Shown one piece after another: positions 47,795 to 58,644 of a stretch of DNA of 64,000 bases. The translations under genes were made by a program, and so were the position numbers. Origin of the DNA: Gemmatimonadota bacterium (GTDB taxonomy: Bacteria > Gemmatimonadota > Gemmatimonadetes > Gemmatimonadales > GWC2-71-9); contig JBDHKN010000034.1 in the NCBI GenBank assembly GCA_039586365.1, positions 1 to 64,000 of the forward strand, written 5' to 3'. The notes under the pieces were generated by a model. The model did no database searches. It was given only the letters and a program-made list of their open reading frames with translations, and was not told the DNA's origin. The stretch's first letter is position 1. Every line of letters starts with the position of its first letter.

Positions 47795-49705
47795 GTGGCA
47801 AAACCTGTGGTCAGGCTCGGTGCTGTCCGGCTCGCATTTGCGCTTGGGGTGGCCGCCGTGCTGGTGCGTTCGGCTCAAGTCCAGTTGGTGAGTGGTCAAC
47901 GCTATGCCGACACGGCGGTAGCGCAGCGGACAGAGACTCTGGTCCTTCCAGCACGTCGTGGGACCATCTATGACCGAAACGGTGCGGTCCTGGCCCAGAC
48001 CGTCGACGCATACCGCGTGGGGGTGGCACCCAACGAGCTACGGGACTTGGAGCGCGATGCGGAGATCATTGCTGCGCGGCTGAAGATCCCGCAGAGCACA
48101 GTCCGCCGTCAGCTCAGACAGCGCTACGCTTGGTTTGGAGGTCCTTTCACCTCGGCCCAGGTCCAGCAGCTGCGGTCGATGCGGGGCGTTCACCTGACAG
48201 GCGACCTGATTCGCCTCCACCCCAATCCTGGCCTGGCCCGAGCAGTGCTGGGGCGACCCGCAGCGGAAGGCCGTCGAGCCAGTGGCATTGAGCGTGTCGT
48301 TGACACGCTACTCACGGGTACCGACGGCAGCGGCGTCGTCCTCCGAGACCGCCAAGGACGCAGGTTGGAATCACCTTCCCGGCTGGGCGAATTCCCGATT
48401 CCGGGGCACGATGTGTACCTGACGATCGACGCTGCATTGCAGGAGATCGTCGAGAAGGCGCTGGACGATGCGTTGTACGAATTCGAAGCCACAGCCGGCG
48501 ATGTTGTCGTGCTCAATCCCACCACGGGTGAGATTCTCGCTCTGGCATCGCGCACGGCAGACGGGCGCAATACCACCAGCGCCTTCACTTCGGTGTTCGA
48601 ACCTGGCTCTACAGCTAAGGTGTTTGCTGCCGCCGCACTCCTCACGGAAGGATTGGCACAGCCGACAGACTCAGTATGGACGGAGAACGGAACCTACGTC
48701 ACAGAGCATCGCAGGATCCAAGATGATCACCCCAATGGCTGGCTTACGCTGCAAGGTGTCATAGAACAATCCAGCAACATCGGCATCGTGAAGTTCGCCA
48801 GCCGAATCTCACCCGAATCACAGTACCGCATGTTGCGGAGCTTTGGCCTAGGCAGCCCGACCGCGGTGGAATACCCCAGTGAGTCAGCGGGTAGACTCTC
48901 ACGTCCAGATGCATGGAGCGGAATCACCGGGCAGAGTATGGCGATGGGATACGAGATTGCGGTGACCCCTTTGCAGCTCGCCCAGGCCTACGCGGCCATA
49001 GCCAATGGTGGCGTGCTCTTGAGGCCGACTCTGCTGAGCAAGGTGTCAGCGCCGGACGGTGCAATTGTCTACCGACATATTCCGGAACCGGTTCGTCGGG
49101 TGCTATCGGCGGAAGTGGCTGAGCAACTACGCACGGCGCTGCGCGGGGTCGTGTATCGCGGAGGCACGGGAGAATCGGCCGCGCTGCGCGGCTACGAAGT
49201 CGCTGGCAAGACAGGTACGGCGTGGCGCTCAGGACCCCAGGGATACGTGAGTGGCTCCTACACAGCGAGTTTCATCTCGTTGTTCCCGGCAGATCGTCCG
49301 CAACTAGTCACGGTGGTGAAACTGGATGAGCCCAAAGGGACTTACGCGCGGGTCACCGCGGTGCCGCTCACCAGGGCGGTGCTGGAGCAGGTGCTCGCCG
49401 CCGAGACCCAGGCCCTCGACCGGGGAAAGCTAGCAGGAACCGCCGCTCGAGCCGAATCAAATCAGGCCGTCGGGCAGGCCGAGGTTCGGCACGTGTTTCC
49501 TTGGCCAGACTCTCTCTCTGCCGATCGTGCGCCGGACCGGCCGGTCCCGAACGTCGTGGGTATCCCCCTGCGGGATGCGGTTCGCCGCATGCACGAGGCA
49601 GGATTGCGGGTACAGCTATCCCGCATCGGAGCCGTCACGGACACTGACCCGAGACCGGGCACCATGGTGGCACCAGGTACGCTGGTGAAATTGGTCGTAC
49701 GGTGA
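47795..49705 (+). CDS. ftsI: Division transpeptidase PBP3 with C-terminal PASTA domain
   Basis: RGTIYDRNG, EPGSTAK (SxxK), SSN, KTGT. Confidence 0.92.
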   Translation: MAKPVVRLGAVRLAFALGVAAVLVRSAQVQLVSGQRYADTAVAQRTETLVLPARRGTIYDRNGAVLAQTVDAYRVGVAPNELRDLERDAEIIAARLKIPQSTVRRQLRQRYAWFGGPFTSAQVQQLRSMRGVHLTGDLIRLHPNPGLARAVLGRPAAEGRRASGIERVVDTLLTGTDGSGVVLRDRQGRRLESPSRLGEFPIPGHDVYLTIDAALQEIVEKALDDALYEFEATAGDVVVLNPTTGEILALASRTADGRNTTSAFTSVFEPGSTAKVFAAAALLTEGLAQPTDSVWTENGTYVTEHRRIQDDHPNGWLTLQGVIEQSSNIGIVKFASRISPESQYRMLRSFGLGSPTAVEYPSESAGRLSRPDAWSGITGQSMAMGYEIAVTPLQLAQAYAAIANGGVLLRPTLLSKVSAPDGAIVYRHIPEPVRRVLSAEVAEQLRTALRGVVYRGGTGESAALRGYEVAGKTGTAWRSGPQGYVSGSYTASFISLFPADRPQLVTVVKLDEPKGTYARVTAVPLTRAVLEQVLAAETQALDRGKLAGTAARAESNQAVGQAEVRHVFPWPDSLSADRAPDRPVPNVVGIPLRDAVRRMHEAGLRVQLSRIGAVTDTDPRPGTMVAPGTLVKLVVR

Positions 49706-51180
49706 GAAGACAGGCGATGGAGCTGCCGGTCATCGTAGATGCTCTGAGATCTGCGGGTGTGTTGGCAGACTCAGACGCTGAGTCGGTGAGTGTGACCGTC
49801 AGCGGTGTGATGGAGGACTCGCGGGAAATACAGCCGGGTTCCTTGTTCTGCGCCGTCGAGGGCACAATGCAGGACGGACATCGGTTCCTCGCTGATGCGG
49901 CGAGTCGCGGAGCTGCGGCGGCACTCGTGGTGCGCCGTGTCAACGTGGAACTGCCGCAGGTCATTGTGAGCGACAGCCGGGTTGCCGCCGGTGTCGCGGC
50001 CCGGGAATGGTACGGTCATCCCGCGGACGATCTGCGTCTGATCGGGGTTACGGGCACCAATGGCAAATCCACTACTGTCTCCCTCATACGTCATATCCTC
50101 AATTCCGCGGGAGTAGCGGCCTCCCTGGGAACCTTGGGTGTGTTCGACGGGCTTGGGCACCGATTGTCCGGAGTCGGGTCGCTGACCACGCCTGGCCCGG
50201 TTGAACTTCAAGCTGTGCTCGCCGAACTGCGGCAGCGTGGTGTGCGCACCGTTGCGCTCGAGGCATCTTCACACGGACTTGACCAACGGCGGCTGGAGGC
50301 TGTCAGGTTCAGTGCGGCTGTCTATACCAACATCAGTCATGAACACCTCGACTACCATGCCGATCTCGAGTCATACGCTGCCGCAAAGATGAGACTGTCG
50401 CAACTGGTCGATCGTTCCGGAGTCGAGGTTGTCAACGCAGACGATCCCATTTGGGAGGGGCTTCCCGAGCGCGCTGGAATCCGTCGCATTCTCTACGGAC
50501 GAGGGGTCGGAGCTGAGGTTCGTGGGACGGATGAGCGGCTTGATGCTGCGGGATCCGATGCAGTGTTTAGCTTCGCTGGCGCACCACACCGGTTGAGGTT
50601 GCCGCTACTGGGTGAATACAACGTGACCAATGCGCTGGCGGCAGCGGCAACTGCGTGGGGATTGGGGCTCGATCCCGCGCTGATCATCGAGCGACTCCAT
50701 GCTCCACCCCAGGTTCCAGGGAGGATGGAGCGACTCGTTTCAGGGCCGTTCAATGTGTTGCGGGACTACGCCCACACACCTGACGGATTCGAGCGGGCGA
50801 TTAGGACTATCCGAGACATAACGCGGGGGCGGTTGTTCGTGTTGTTCGGTGCGGGTGGAGACCGCGACAGAGACAAGCGACCGGTGATGGGGCAGATCGC
50901 TGCGCAGAACTGCGATTTGGTCATAATCGCCATGGACAATCCGCGAACTGAGGACCCTGAGCGGATCCTGGATGACATCGAGGAGGGGATCGGGCAGAGA
51001 CCGCATCTCCGAATACTCGATCGGGCAGAGGCCATCCGGAGGGCGGTGTCGATGTTGGAGCCTGGTGACTGTCTTCTGCTGTTAGGCAAGGGACACGAGA
51101 CCTATCAGATCATTGGGACCGAGAAAATCCCGTTCGACGAGCCTGCTATCGTACAGGCCGCGCTGGGGCACCGAGCATGA
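49702..51180 (+). CDS. murE: UDP-MurNAc-tripeptide synthetase (meso-DAP type)
   Basis: GVTGTNGKST, LTTP, EASSH, DYAHTPD, DNPR, GKGHE. Confidence 0.95.
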   Translation: MRRQAMELPVIVDALRSAGVLADSDAESVSVTVSGVMEDSREIQPGSLFCAVEGTMQDGHRFLADAASRGAAAALVVRRVNVELPQVIVSDSRVAAGVAAREWYGHPADDLRLIGVTGTNGKSTTVSLIRHILNSAGVAASLGTLGVFDGLGHRLSGVGSLTTPGPVELQAVLAELRQRGVRTVALEASSHGLDQRRLEAVRFSAAVYTNISHEHLDYHADLESYAAAKMRLSQLVDRSGVEVVNADDPIWEGLPERAGIRRILYGRGVGAEVRGTDERLDAAGSDAVFSFAGAPHRLRLPLLGEYNVTNALAAAATAWGLGLDPALIIERLHAPPQVPGRMERLVSGPFNVLRDYAHTPDGFERAIRTIRDITRGRLFVLFGAGGDRDRDKRPVMGQIAAQNCDLVIIAMDNPRTEDPERILDDIEEGIGQRPHLRILDRAEAIRRAVSMLEPGDCLLLLGKGHETYQIIGTEKIPFDEPAIVQAALGHRA

Positions 51181-52541
51181 GTATGTGGACGGGCGAGCGG
51201 GTGGCTAGAGTGCTGGGCACCGTCACGCAGTCTACAGTATCGTTTCGGTCCATCACCACCGACACTCGTTGCCTCCAGCCCGGATCGCTGTTCGTCGCTC
51301 TCGTCGGTGAGCGGTTCGATGGGCACGAGTTCCTGCGTGATGCAAGAAGGCGGGGTGCTCTTGGTGCAGTGGTGCAGCACGGAACACCGCCGGTCGATGG
51401 CATGGTGCACTTGGAGGTGGATGACACTCTCACGGCGCTGGGTTTGCTTGCCCGTGAGCGGAGAAGGATGGTTACCGGCCCTGTGGTCGCGATCACCGGA
51501 ACGAACGGGAAGACATCCGTCAAGGAGATGGTCAGGTGCGCGTTGGGCACTCGCTGGAAGGTGCAAGCGACGCGGGAGAACTTGAACAACTTGGTCGGTG
51601 TCCCCCTCACCATTCTCGCTGCTCCCGATGACTGTGAAGCACTCGTGGTCGAGGCCGGTGCCAATCTCCCAGGCGAGATCGCACGGTTACGTGATGTGAT
51701 AGAGCCGTCACTCGGTGTTGTCACCAACGTCGGGGCGGGGCATCTGGCAGGATTTGGATCGCTCGATGGTGTGCTGGTAGAGAAAGCCGCACTGCTCGAA
51801 GGCGTCCCTAAGGCGGTAGTCGGTACCGAACCACCGGAACTGGGCAAGCGTGCTCGGAGCTTGGCGGGTGCCGTGGTAACTGCGGGACTTGCTGACTCCG
51901 CCGCCGTCCGTCCGGATGAATGGGGGCTCGGGGCTTCGGGACACGGCTGGCTGGTGTTTGAGGGGATCAGGATCGATTTGCCGGTCCTCGGGAAGCATCA
52001 GTTGGATAATGCGATGCTCATGTTGGCGACTGCTCTGGAACTGGGATTGGAGGTCAGCTCAGTCAGATCCGCCTTGCAGAATCTCGAGTTGCCGTCGGGG
52101 CGATGCGAGATGATATCCTGCAACGATCGTATCATACTGCAAGATACATACAACGCGAATCCAGGATCTCTATTGGCTTTGCTCGACACTGCCCGTAATA
52201 TCCGAGATGACCGACCTCTCGTGGTGGTGCTCGGAACCATGTTGGAGCTGGGAACGGAGAGTCTGGCGCTCCATGCTCAGATGGCGGATGCCGTGATGCA
52301 GGAGCAACCACAGCTGCTTGCCGTGCTGGGAGAGTTCATCCCGGCTGTTGCACGCTACGCGCACAGGCTGGGAGATCGCTTGATAACTGCGGAGGATTCC
52401 GATAGCCTGGGTCGCCTTGTGGCCACGCATCTAACGGGGAATGAAATCGTGCTGGTCAAGGGATCGCACGGTGTACATATGGAGCACGCAATCCCCCATT
52501 TGACCAGAAGCGACAATACGCCGTGCTCTACCATCTCCTGA
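51177..52541 (+). CDS. murF: UDP-MurNAc-pentapeptide synthetase
   Basis: ITGTNGKTSVKE, NNLVGVP, DTYNANP, MLELG, VKGS. Confidence 0.95.
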   Translation: MSMWTGERVARVLGTVTQSTVSFRSITTDTRCLQPGSLFVALVGERFDGHEFLRDARRRGALGAVVQHGTPPVDGMVHLEVDDTLTALGLLARERRRMVTGPVVAITGTNGKTSVKEMVRCALGTRWKVQATRENLNNLVGVPLTILAAPDDCEALVVEAGANLPGEIARLRDVIEPSLGVVTNVGAGHLAGFGSLDGVLVEKAALLEGVPKAVVGTEPPELGKRARSLAGAVVTAGLADSAAVRPDEWGLGASGHGWLVFEGIRIDLPVLGKHQLDNAMLMLATALELGLEVSSVRSALQNLELPSGRCEMISCNDRIILQDTYNANPGSLLALLDTARNIRDDRPLVVVLGTMLELGTESLALHAQMADAVMQEQPQLLAVLGEFIPAVARYAHRLGDRLITAEDSDSLGRLVATHLTGNEIVLVKGSHGVHMEHAIPHLTRSDNTPCSTIS

Positions 52542-53644
52542 CTCCGCTGAGCTCGCAGTTCTTCGGGTTCAACGTCTTCAACTACATCTCGTTTCGCGCT
52601 GCGGGCGCCGCCTTCACTGCTATCCTACTCGCCTTCGTAGTGGGGCCACTGATTATCAAACAGCTGAAGCTAAAGGGAGTCGGACAGGTAATCAGAACAG
52701 ATGGTCCGGCAAGCCATCACTCCAAACGCGGCACGCCTACGATGGGCGGGCTCATCCTGCTTGTCTGTACCATCATTCCGACGCTGCTCTGGGCTCGACT
52801 CGATTCCCAGTATGTGCTGGTCATTGCGGTGGCGACGCTGTGGATGGGAGCGATCGGTTTCATCGACGATTATCTCAAGGTTGTCCAGGGCAAGGCACGA
52901 GGGCTGGTGGCTCGTTACAAGTTGGTGGGACAGATAGTGTTTGGAGTGGCACTGGGAGCCTACCTCTTGCTTTGGCCTGTTGCCGCCAACCTACCACCCA
53001 ACGCGACAACGCTGCCGTTTTTCAAGTACGTGCTTGTTCAACTCCATCCCATTCTATACTTGGGATTCGTCACGTTCGTGGTGACTGCAAGCAGTAACGC
53101 GGTGAATCTGACCGACGGTCTTGACGGCTTGGCGGCTGGGCTGACAGTCATTGCGGCCGCGGCATTCGCGTTCTGTGCGTATGTCTTCGGCCGGATCGAT
53201 TACTCCGACTACCTGCTGGTCTACTACCTGCGTGGCGCGGGGGAGTTAGCGGTCTTCTGTGCTGCGTTGATGGGTGCAGCATTGGGGTTCCTGTGGTACA
53301 ACGCCCATCCGTCTGAAGTCTTCCTGGGAGATACGGGCAGCCTTGCAATAGGTGGTGCGTTCGGAACCGTGGCCATCCTACTGAAATCCGAATTCCTGTT
53401 GCTTCTGATTGGTGCCGTTTTCGCAGCGGAGACGCTCTCGGTGATCATTCAGACCCTGGTGTTTCGCTGGCGCCTGATCAGACATGGCCGCGAGTATGCA
53501 CGGCAGCATCGTGTCTTTCGGATGGCTCCGCTACATCACCACTTCGAGCAGTTGGGCTGGTCAGAGTCCAAGATAGTGACGCGGTTCTACATAATAGCCA
53601 TCATGTGCGCGCTGTTCGCACTTGCGACAATGAAGATCAGATGA
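52523..53644 (+). CDS. mraY: Phospho-MurNAc-pentapeptide transferase
   Basis: GTPTMGG, DDYLK, NAVNLTDGLDG, FLGDTGS, MAPLHHHFE. Confidence 0.97.
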   Translation: MLYHLLTPLSSQFFGFNVFNYISFRAAGAAFTAILLAFVVGPLIIKQLKLKGVGQVIRTDGPASHHSKRGTPTMGGLILLVCTIIPTLLWARLDSQYVLVIAVATLWMGAIGFIDDYLKVVQGKARGLVARYKLVGQIVFGVALGAYLLLWPVAANLPPNATTLPFFKYVLVQLHPILYLGFVTFVVTASSNAVNLTDGLDGLAAGLTVIAAAAFAFCAYVFGRIDYSDYLLVYYLRGAGELAVFCAALMGAALGFLWYNAHPSEVFLGDTGSLAIGGAFGTVAILLKSEFLLLLIGAVFAAETLSVIIQTLVFRWRLIRHGREYARQHRVFRMAPLHHHFEQLGWSESKIVTRFYIIAIMCALFALATMKIR

Positions 53645-54987
53645 TTCCCGATGAGTGGCGGGACGGGGAGGTTGCGGTTGTGGGGTTGGGCCGCAGCGGC
53701 GCGGCGGCCACCAGGTTTCTTGCGGCCAACGGCCTTCAGGTCTACGTCTCTGACAACGCTGCTACGGAGGCGGTGCGAACAAACGCTGCGGATTTGGCCG
53801 GTCCTGGTGTGACCGTGGATGTCGGGCGACACGACCTCGATCGGATCAGTCGCTCGAGCTTGGTCGTTACTTCGCCGGGTGTAGCCCCACAGGCGCCACC
53901 CTTGAGAGCAGCTCGCAGCGCTGGCCGCGACATCCTCGCAGAGCTCGATCTGGCGGCAATGCAACTCGACGATGCTAGACTGATAGTGGTGACGGGGACC
54001 AACGGGAAGACGACGACCACCAAGTTGATAGCACATCTGCTTCGTGAGGCGGGTGAGTCTGCCGAGGCCGCAGGCAACATCGGAGTACCGCTGATCGAAG
54101 TGACAAGCCGACCAGTGAGACCCAGTTGGATCGCCGTAGAGGCGTCCTCGTTCCAACTCCACGACTCACCCCACCTCACTCCGACTATCGGTGTGATGAC
54201 CAACCTGGCACCTGATCACTTGGACCGGTACGAAAGCGTAGAGGCCTACTACGCTGATAAGCGCAACCTGTTCCGCAACGCCAATACCGAAGCGGTCTGG
54301 GTCTTGAACGGTGACGATCCCGCTCTGCTGCGCCTAGCGGATGGGGTGGCTGGGGAACACCTGCATTGGAGCCTGCAGGACCACGCAGACGGATGGTACG
54401 ATCGCTCGGCAGGGCGGCTAGTGCTGGCTGGTCAGGCATTGCTACCACGAGCGGAGATCCCGCTGCTGGGCGACCACAACGTGGCCAACGCTTTGGCTGC
54501 AGCAATTGCCGTCAGGGCAGCAGGTGTCGGAGTCTCAGCCATTTCGCGAGGCTTACAGTGCTTCAGGCCGCTGCCACACCGGTTGGAGCCAGTACGTGAG
54601 GTGGAGGGGACGGTTTGGATCAACGATTCGAAGGCAACCAATGTCTCATCTACCTTGGTCGCCGTCGCCGCAATGGACCGTCCTTACGTGTTGATTGCAG
54701 GAGGGCGCGCCAAAGGTGGGGGATTCGCTCAGCTGGTCGACCCGCTCGCGACCAATTGCCGAGCCGTCATCGCATACGGGGAAGCCCGTGGTGCCATCGA
54801 GCAAGATCTCAATCGGGTGGTTCGGGTGCACGGTGTGGCTAGTTTCTGCAAGGCGGTGAGCCTGGCACAAGAGTCTGCACTCGAAGGTGACGTGGTGCTG
54901 CTGTCTCCAGCCTGCGCGAGTTTCGATCAGTTCTCCAACTACGAAGAACGTGGCGACGTTTTCCGGCGGATCGTGGAGTCGCTGTGA
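53641..54987 (+). CDS. murD: UDP-MurNAc-L-Ala-D-Glu ligase
   Basis: GLGRSG, GTNGKTTT, EASSFQL, DHLDRY, NDSKATN, LSPACASFDQF. Confidence 0.96.
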   Translation: MIPDEWRDGEVAVVGLGRSGAAATRFLAANGLQVYVSDNAATEAVRTNAADLAGPGVTVDVGRHDLDRISRSSLVVTSPGVAPQAPPLRAARSAGRDILAELDLAAMQLDDARLIVVTGTNGKTTTTKLIAHLLREAGESAEAAGNIGVPLIEVTSRPVRPSWIAVEASSFQLHDSPHLTPTIGVMTNLAPDHLDRYESVEAYYADKRNLFRNANTEAVWVLNGDDPALLRLADGVAGEHLHWSLQDHADGWYDRSAGRLVLAGQALLPRAEIPLLGDHNVANALAAAIAVRAAGVGVSAISRGLQCFRPLPHRLEPVREVEGTVWINDSKATNVSSTLVAVAAMDRPYVLIAGGRAKGGGFAQLVDPLATNCRAVIAYGEARGAIEQDLNRVVRVHGVASFCKAVSLAQESALEGDVVLLSPACASFDQFSNYEERGDVFRRIVESL

Positions 54988-56126
54988 GGAAGGCGACTGC
55001 TTCATCAGCTGTCCCTGACTGGGAGCTCAGGCTAGTCGGCCTCATCGTCGTTACGCTGGTTGCTTTCGGAATCGTTGCGGTCTACGGAGCCTCGAGTATT
55101 TGGGCCGTTCAGAGTGATGAGCCAGGCACTCTCTTCGCGCGGCGGCAGATCGGCGGAGCCCTGGTGGGGATCGTGGTGTTGTTGGTGGCGACACGGATCG
55201 ACTATCACGTATGGCAGCGCAATGCTTGGTTGATCCTGGGGTCCGTGGTGTTGGTCCTGATCATCCCTCTACTCCCGTTCACCGAATCAATCTCGGCAGA
55301 AAGAAACGGGGCGCGGCGTTGGGTCGGAGTGGCACCGCTAGTACTACAACCTTCCGAGTTTGCCAAATTCGCCGTTGTCGTATGGACCGCGATGTTGGCG
55401 GCCAAGAAGGGTACTGGCATCCGGAGTTTCAAGCGGGGAGTGCTTCCGTTCATAGTAATACTAGTGCCGGTAAGTCTGCTCATCCTGCTGGAACCGGATC
55501 TTTCCACTGCCAGCCTCACGATCTTGCTGGCTGCCATCGTTCTATTCACCGCCGGCGCTCGGATCGGACACTTCCTGGTTGTCGCGTTGGTGGCGTTGCC
55601 ATTCGCGTGGCAGTGGGTGGCGAGTGAGCATTACAGGTTGCAGCGAATGATGAGCTTCTTGAGCCCCGGTGAGGACCTGGCTGAGGCGAGTTGGCAAATC
55701 AATCAATCGCTGATCGGCTTTGGCTCTGGGCGTCTCTTTGGCCTGGGATTCGGCCAAGGCCTGCAGAAGCTGGGGTACCTGCCCTACGCCTACTCCGACT
55801 TCATCTTCAGCACCATTGGGGAGGAGTGGGGATTCGTGGGTGTGACACTCATCGTACTGCTATATGCCGTCTTCATCATTGTTGGACTGCGAATAGCTCG
55901 GGCCGCCCGAGATAGCTTTGGGATGTTGCTTGCAACTGGGCTCACGGCGTTGATCGGTCTGACTGCACTGCTGCACATGGCAGTCACAATATCTCTTGTT
56001 CCCGCCACCGGGTTGTCACTTCCGTTTGTTTCCTATGGTCGCTCCAATCTGTTGGTGTCACTCTTTGCCGTAGGTGTCCTCATCAACATCGGCAGCCACT
56101 CCGCCCGTCGGAGGGCACGATCGTGA
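54984..56126 (+). CDS. ftsW: SEDS peptidoglycan polymerase FtsW
   Basis: GARRW, QPSEFAK, EPD, SDFIF, LPFVSYG. Confidence 0.94.
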   Translation: MRKATASSAVPDWELRLVGLIVVTLVAFGIVAVYGASSIWAVQSDEPGTLFARRQIGGALVGIVVLLVATRIDYHVWQRNAWLILGSVVLVLIIPLLPFTESISAERNGARRWVGVAPLVLQPSEFAKFAVVVWTAMLAAKKGTGIRSFKRGVLPFIVILVPVSLLILLEPDLSTASLTILLAAIVLFTAGARIGHFLVVALVALPFAWQWVASEHYRLQRMMSFLSPGEDLAEASWQINQSLIGFGSGRLFGLGFGQGLQKLGYLPYAYSDFIFSTIGEEWGFVGVTLIVLLYAVFIIVGLRIARAARDSFGMLLATGLTALIGLTALLHMAVTISLVPATGLSLPFVSYGRSNLLVSLFAVGVLINIGSHSARRRARS

Positions 56127-57214
56127 GAATAGTGATTGCGGGAGGCGGCACCGGCGGGCATCTGATGCCGGCGCTCGCGCTCGCAGATGCGCTGATCGAG
56201 TTGCGGGACGACGTCGAACCCATCCTGGTGGGGGCGCAGCGGGGTGTAGAAGCGAGCATTCTTCCCCACAGGCCGTACCGATTCCATTTGCTGCCGGTGG
56301 AGCCGATACATCGGCACGCCTGGTGGCGGAACCTGCGCTGGCCGTTCCTCGTCTGGAAGGTTGCCGCTGCGTGCAATCGGGTGCTCGATGTCGAGAGTCC
56401 GGTCTGCGTGGTGGGAACTGGAGGGTATGTGTCAGGACCTGTGCTGTTCCAGGCAGCCAGGCGCGGCATCCCGGTGGCCCTGCAGGAACAGAATGCTTAT
56501 CCGGGTGTTGCCACGCGTCTCATGGCCCGTCGTGCCAGTCAGATCTATCTTGGCTTCCCTGAAGCCGAGCGGTATCTGAAGTTGGGGCGGGAGACAACTG
56601 TACACACGTTCGGTAACCCCATTACCCCACCTCCCGAACCACGCCCCGATCCTGCCGCCGCGCGTTGGGCATTCGGCATTGTGCCGGACCAGCCGGTTCT
56701 GCTCGTCATGGGCGGTAGCCAGGGTTCTCGCAGCGTGAATACGGCAGTGCGCGATCTGCTCGACACGGGGGGACTGAGCGACATTGCTCTGTTGTGGGGT
56801 ACGGGGAGAGCCATGTGGGACGCGTTCTCGCAGTATCACGATCCTCCGGCCAGACATGTGCGCGCCTTCTGGGATCCGATCGCGGATGCCTACGCCGTGG
56901 CTGACCTGGTGGTCGCGCGTTCCGGTGCCATGACAACTGCCGAGCTGTGCGCTTGGGGCCTACCTGCCATCTACATCCCGTTGCCTACCTCGGCAGCCGA
57001 TCACCAGATGAAGAATGCAGCAGCGTTGGCCCATGTGGGTGCTGCGGAGCTAATCCCAGAGCGGCAACTCAGCCCGCAGCGGCTCCGTGCGGTGATCGAG
57101 AGGCTCCTAGGTGGAGGCGACGAGCTACGCCGTATGAGCCGTGCCGCCCGGGGCCGGGGGCGACCCGAAGCGGCCCGAAAATCGATCTCTCAGTTACTGA
57201 CGATAGTGAGCTAA
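56123..57214 (+). CDS. murG: Lipid II GlcNAc transferase
   Basis: GGGTGGH, GGYVS, EQN, GGSQGS, RSGAMT, HQ..NA. Confidence 0.96.
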   Translation: MRIVIAGGGTGGHLMPALALADALIELRDDVEPILVGAQRGVEASILPHRPYRFHLLPVEPIHRHAWWRNLRWPFLVWKVAAACNRVLDVESPVCVVGTGGYVSGPVLFQAARRGIPVALQEQNAYPGVATRLMARRASQIYLGFPEAERYLKLGRETTVHTFGNPITPPPEPRPDPAAARWAFGIVPDQPVLLVMGGSQGSRSVNTAVRDLLDTGGLSDIALLWGTGRAMWDAFSQYHDPPARHVRAFWDPIADAYAVADLVVARSGAMTTAELCAWGLPAIYIPLPTSAADHQMKNAAALAHVGAAELIPERQLSPQRLRAVIERLLGGGDELRRMSRAARGRGRPEAARKSISQLLTIVS

Positions 57215-57264
57215 GTCCAAGTCTTTCGGAACTTTCCCGTTCTTCTTATATTAGCAGCCCGCCA

Positions 57265-58644
57265 ATGTCTCTTTTCATCCTGGACGATCCCCGACCCGTC
57301 CATTTCATGGGGATAGCCGGCGCGGGGATGAGTGCTCTGGCACTCATAGCCAAAAGCCGGGGGGTAGTAGTTACCGGATGCGATCTCAACTCACATGGAG
57401 CGAGTGACGTTGCCGAGCGGGGCGTGTTGGTGTTTGAGGGGCACGATGTCAGCCACGTTCACGATGCCAGAGCCGTAGTCTACTCGGCGGCTGTTCCTCC
57501 CGACCACCCGGAATTGGCTGCGGCGCGGGCGGCGGGTCTGCCAGTTGTGAAGCGTGCGGCGGCGCTGGGCGAGGCGGTGCAGGAGGGTCTCACGGTTGGT
57601 ATCGCGGGGACACATGGGAAGACGACCACCACAGCGATGACTACCACGGCGCTCAAGGCGGTCGGGAGAGATCCCACAGGTATCGTCGGTGGGCGGGTGG
57701 CATCGTGGAAAGGGAATGCACTGATTGGAGGGTCCGATCTCTACGTGGTGGAGGCAGACGAATACGATCGCTCGTTCCTCGAGTTGTACCCCAAGGTGGC
57801 AGTGATCAACAACGTCGAAATTGACCACCTCGAATGCTATGGGTCCGTCGCAGCGCTAGAAGGGGCGTTTGGCGAGTTCGCGGGCCGGGCGGAACGGGTT
57901 TTGTTGAATGCGGACGACCGAGGCGCATCTCGTGTCGCCCGCTTGTTGGAAGTGCCGACTTGGAGTGTCGGGCAGGGTTCCCATGCCGATTTCCGCCTGA
58001 GCGATGTGAGTCACACGGCAAGAAGAACCGTGGCTCGGTTATCTGTGCCGAATGGTGAGTCCGTTGCGGTGGATCTGCTCGTGCCAGGCCTGCACAACGT
58101 CAGGAACGCCGCGATGGCTGTTGGCGTCGCATTCGCTCTCGACGAGGACGTTGCAGCCGCGGCGGCTGGGCTCAGACAGTTCACCGGAGTATCGCGGCGT
58201 TTTGAAGTACTGGGTACAGCAGCAGGTATTACCGTGGTGGACGACTATGCACACCATGCCACCGAAGTTGCGGCCACCCTCGGCGCTGCCAGGCAACGGT
58301 TCCCGGGACGGCGCTTGGTCGCGGTGTTCCAGCCACATCTATACTCGAGAACGCAAGCTCAGGGGCAGGCGCTGGGCATCGTGCTGTCGGTAGCAGACCT
58401 TGCCGTGGTCACTGCAATCTATGCTGCCAGAGAGGCTCCGATACCCGGGGTCTCCGGCAAGATGGTAGCAGAGGCCGTACACTGTGCCGGTGGTGTGGTG
58501 GAGTGGGTGGAGCAACGGGCCGGTCTCACCGATGTATTGATTCCCTTGGTACGTGAGGGGGACGTTGTCCTCACGCTTGGTGCAGGGGACATCACTGAAA
58601 TTGGTCCCGAGTTGCTGCAACGACTTGATGGAGTGATCGCGTGA
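57265..58644 (+). CDS. murC: UDP-MurNAc-L-Ala ligase
   Basis: HFMGIAGAGMS, GTHGKTTT, EADEYD, DDYAHH, FQPHLYSRT. Confidence 0.96.
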   Translation: MSLFILDDPRPVHFMGIAGAGMSALALIAKSRGVVVTGCDLNSHGASDVAERGVLVFEGHDVSHVHDARAVVYSAAVPPDHPELAAARAAGLPVVKRAAALGEAVQEGLTVGIAGTHGKTTTTAMTTTALKAVGRDPTGIVGGRVASWKGNALIGGSDLYVVEADEYDRSFLELYPKVAVINNVEIDHLECYGSVAALEGAFGEFAGRAERVLLNADDRGASRVARLLEVPTWSVGQGSHADFRLSDVSHTARRTVARLSVPNGESVAVDLLVPGLHNVRNAAMAVGVAFALDEDVAAAAAGLRQFTGVSRRFEVLGTAAGITVVDDYAHHATEVAATLGAARQRFPGRRLVAVFQPHLYSRTQAQGQALGIVLSVADLAVVTAIYAAREAPIPGVSGKMVAEAVHCAGGVVEWVEQRAGLTDVLIPLVREGDVVLTLGAGDITEIGPELLQRLDGVIA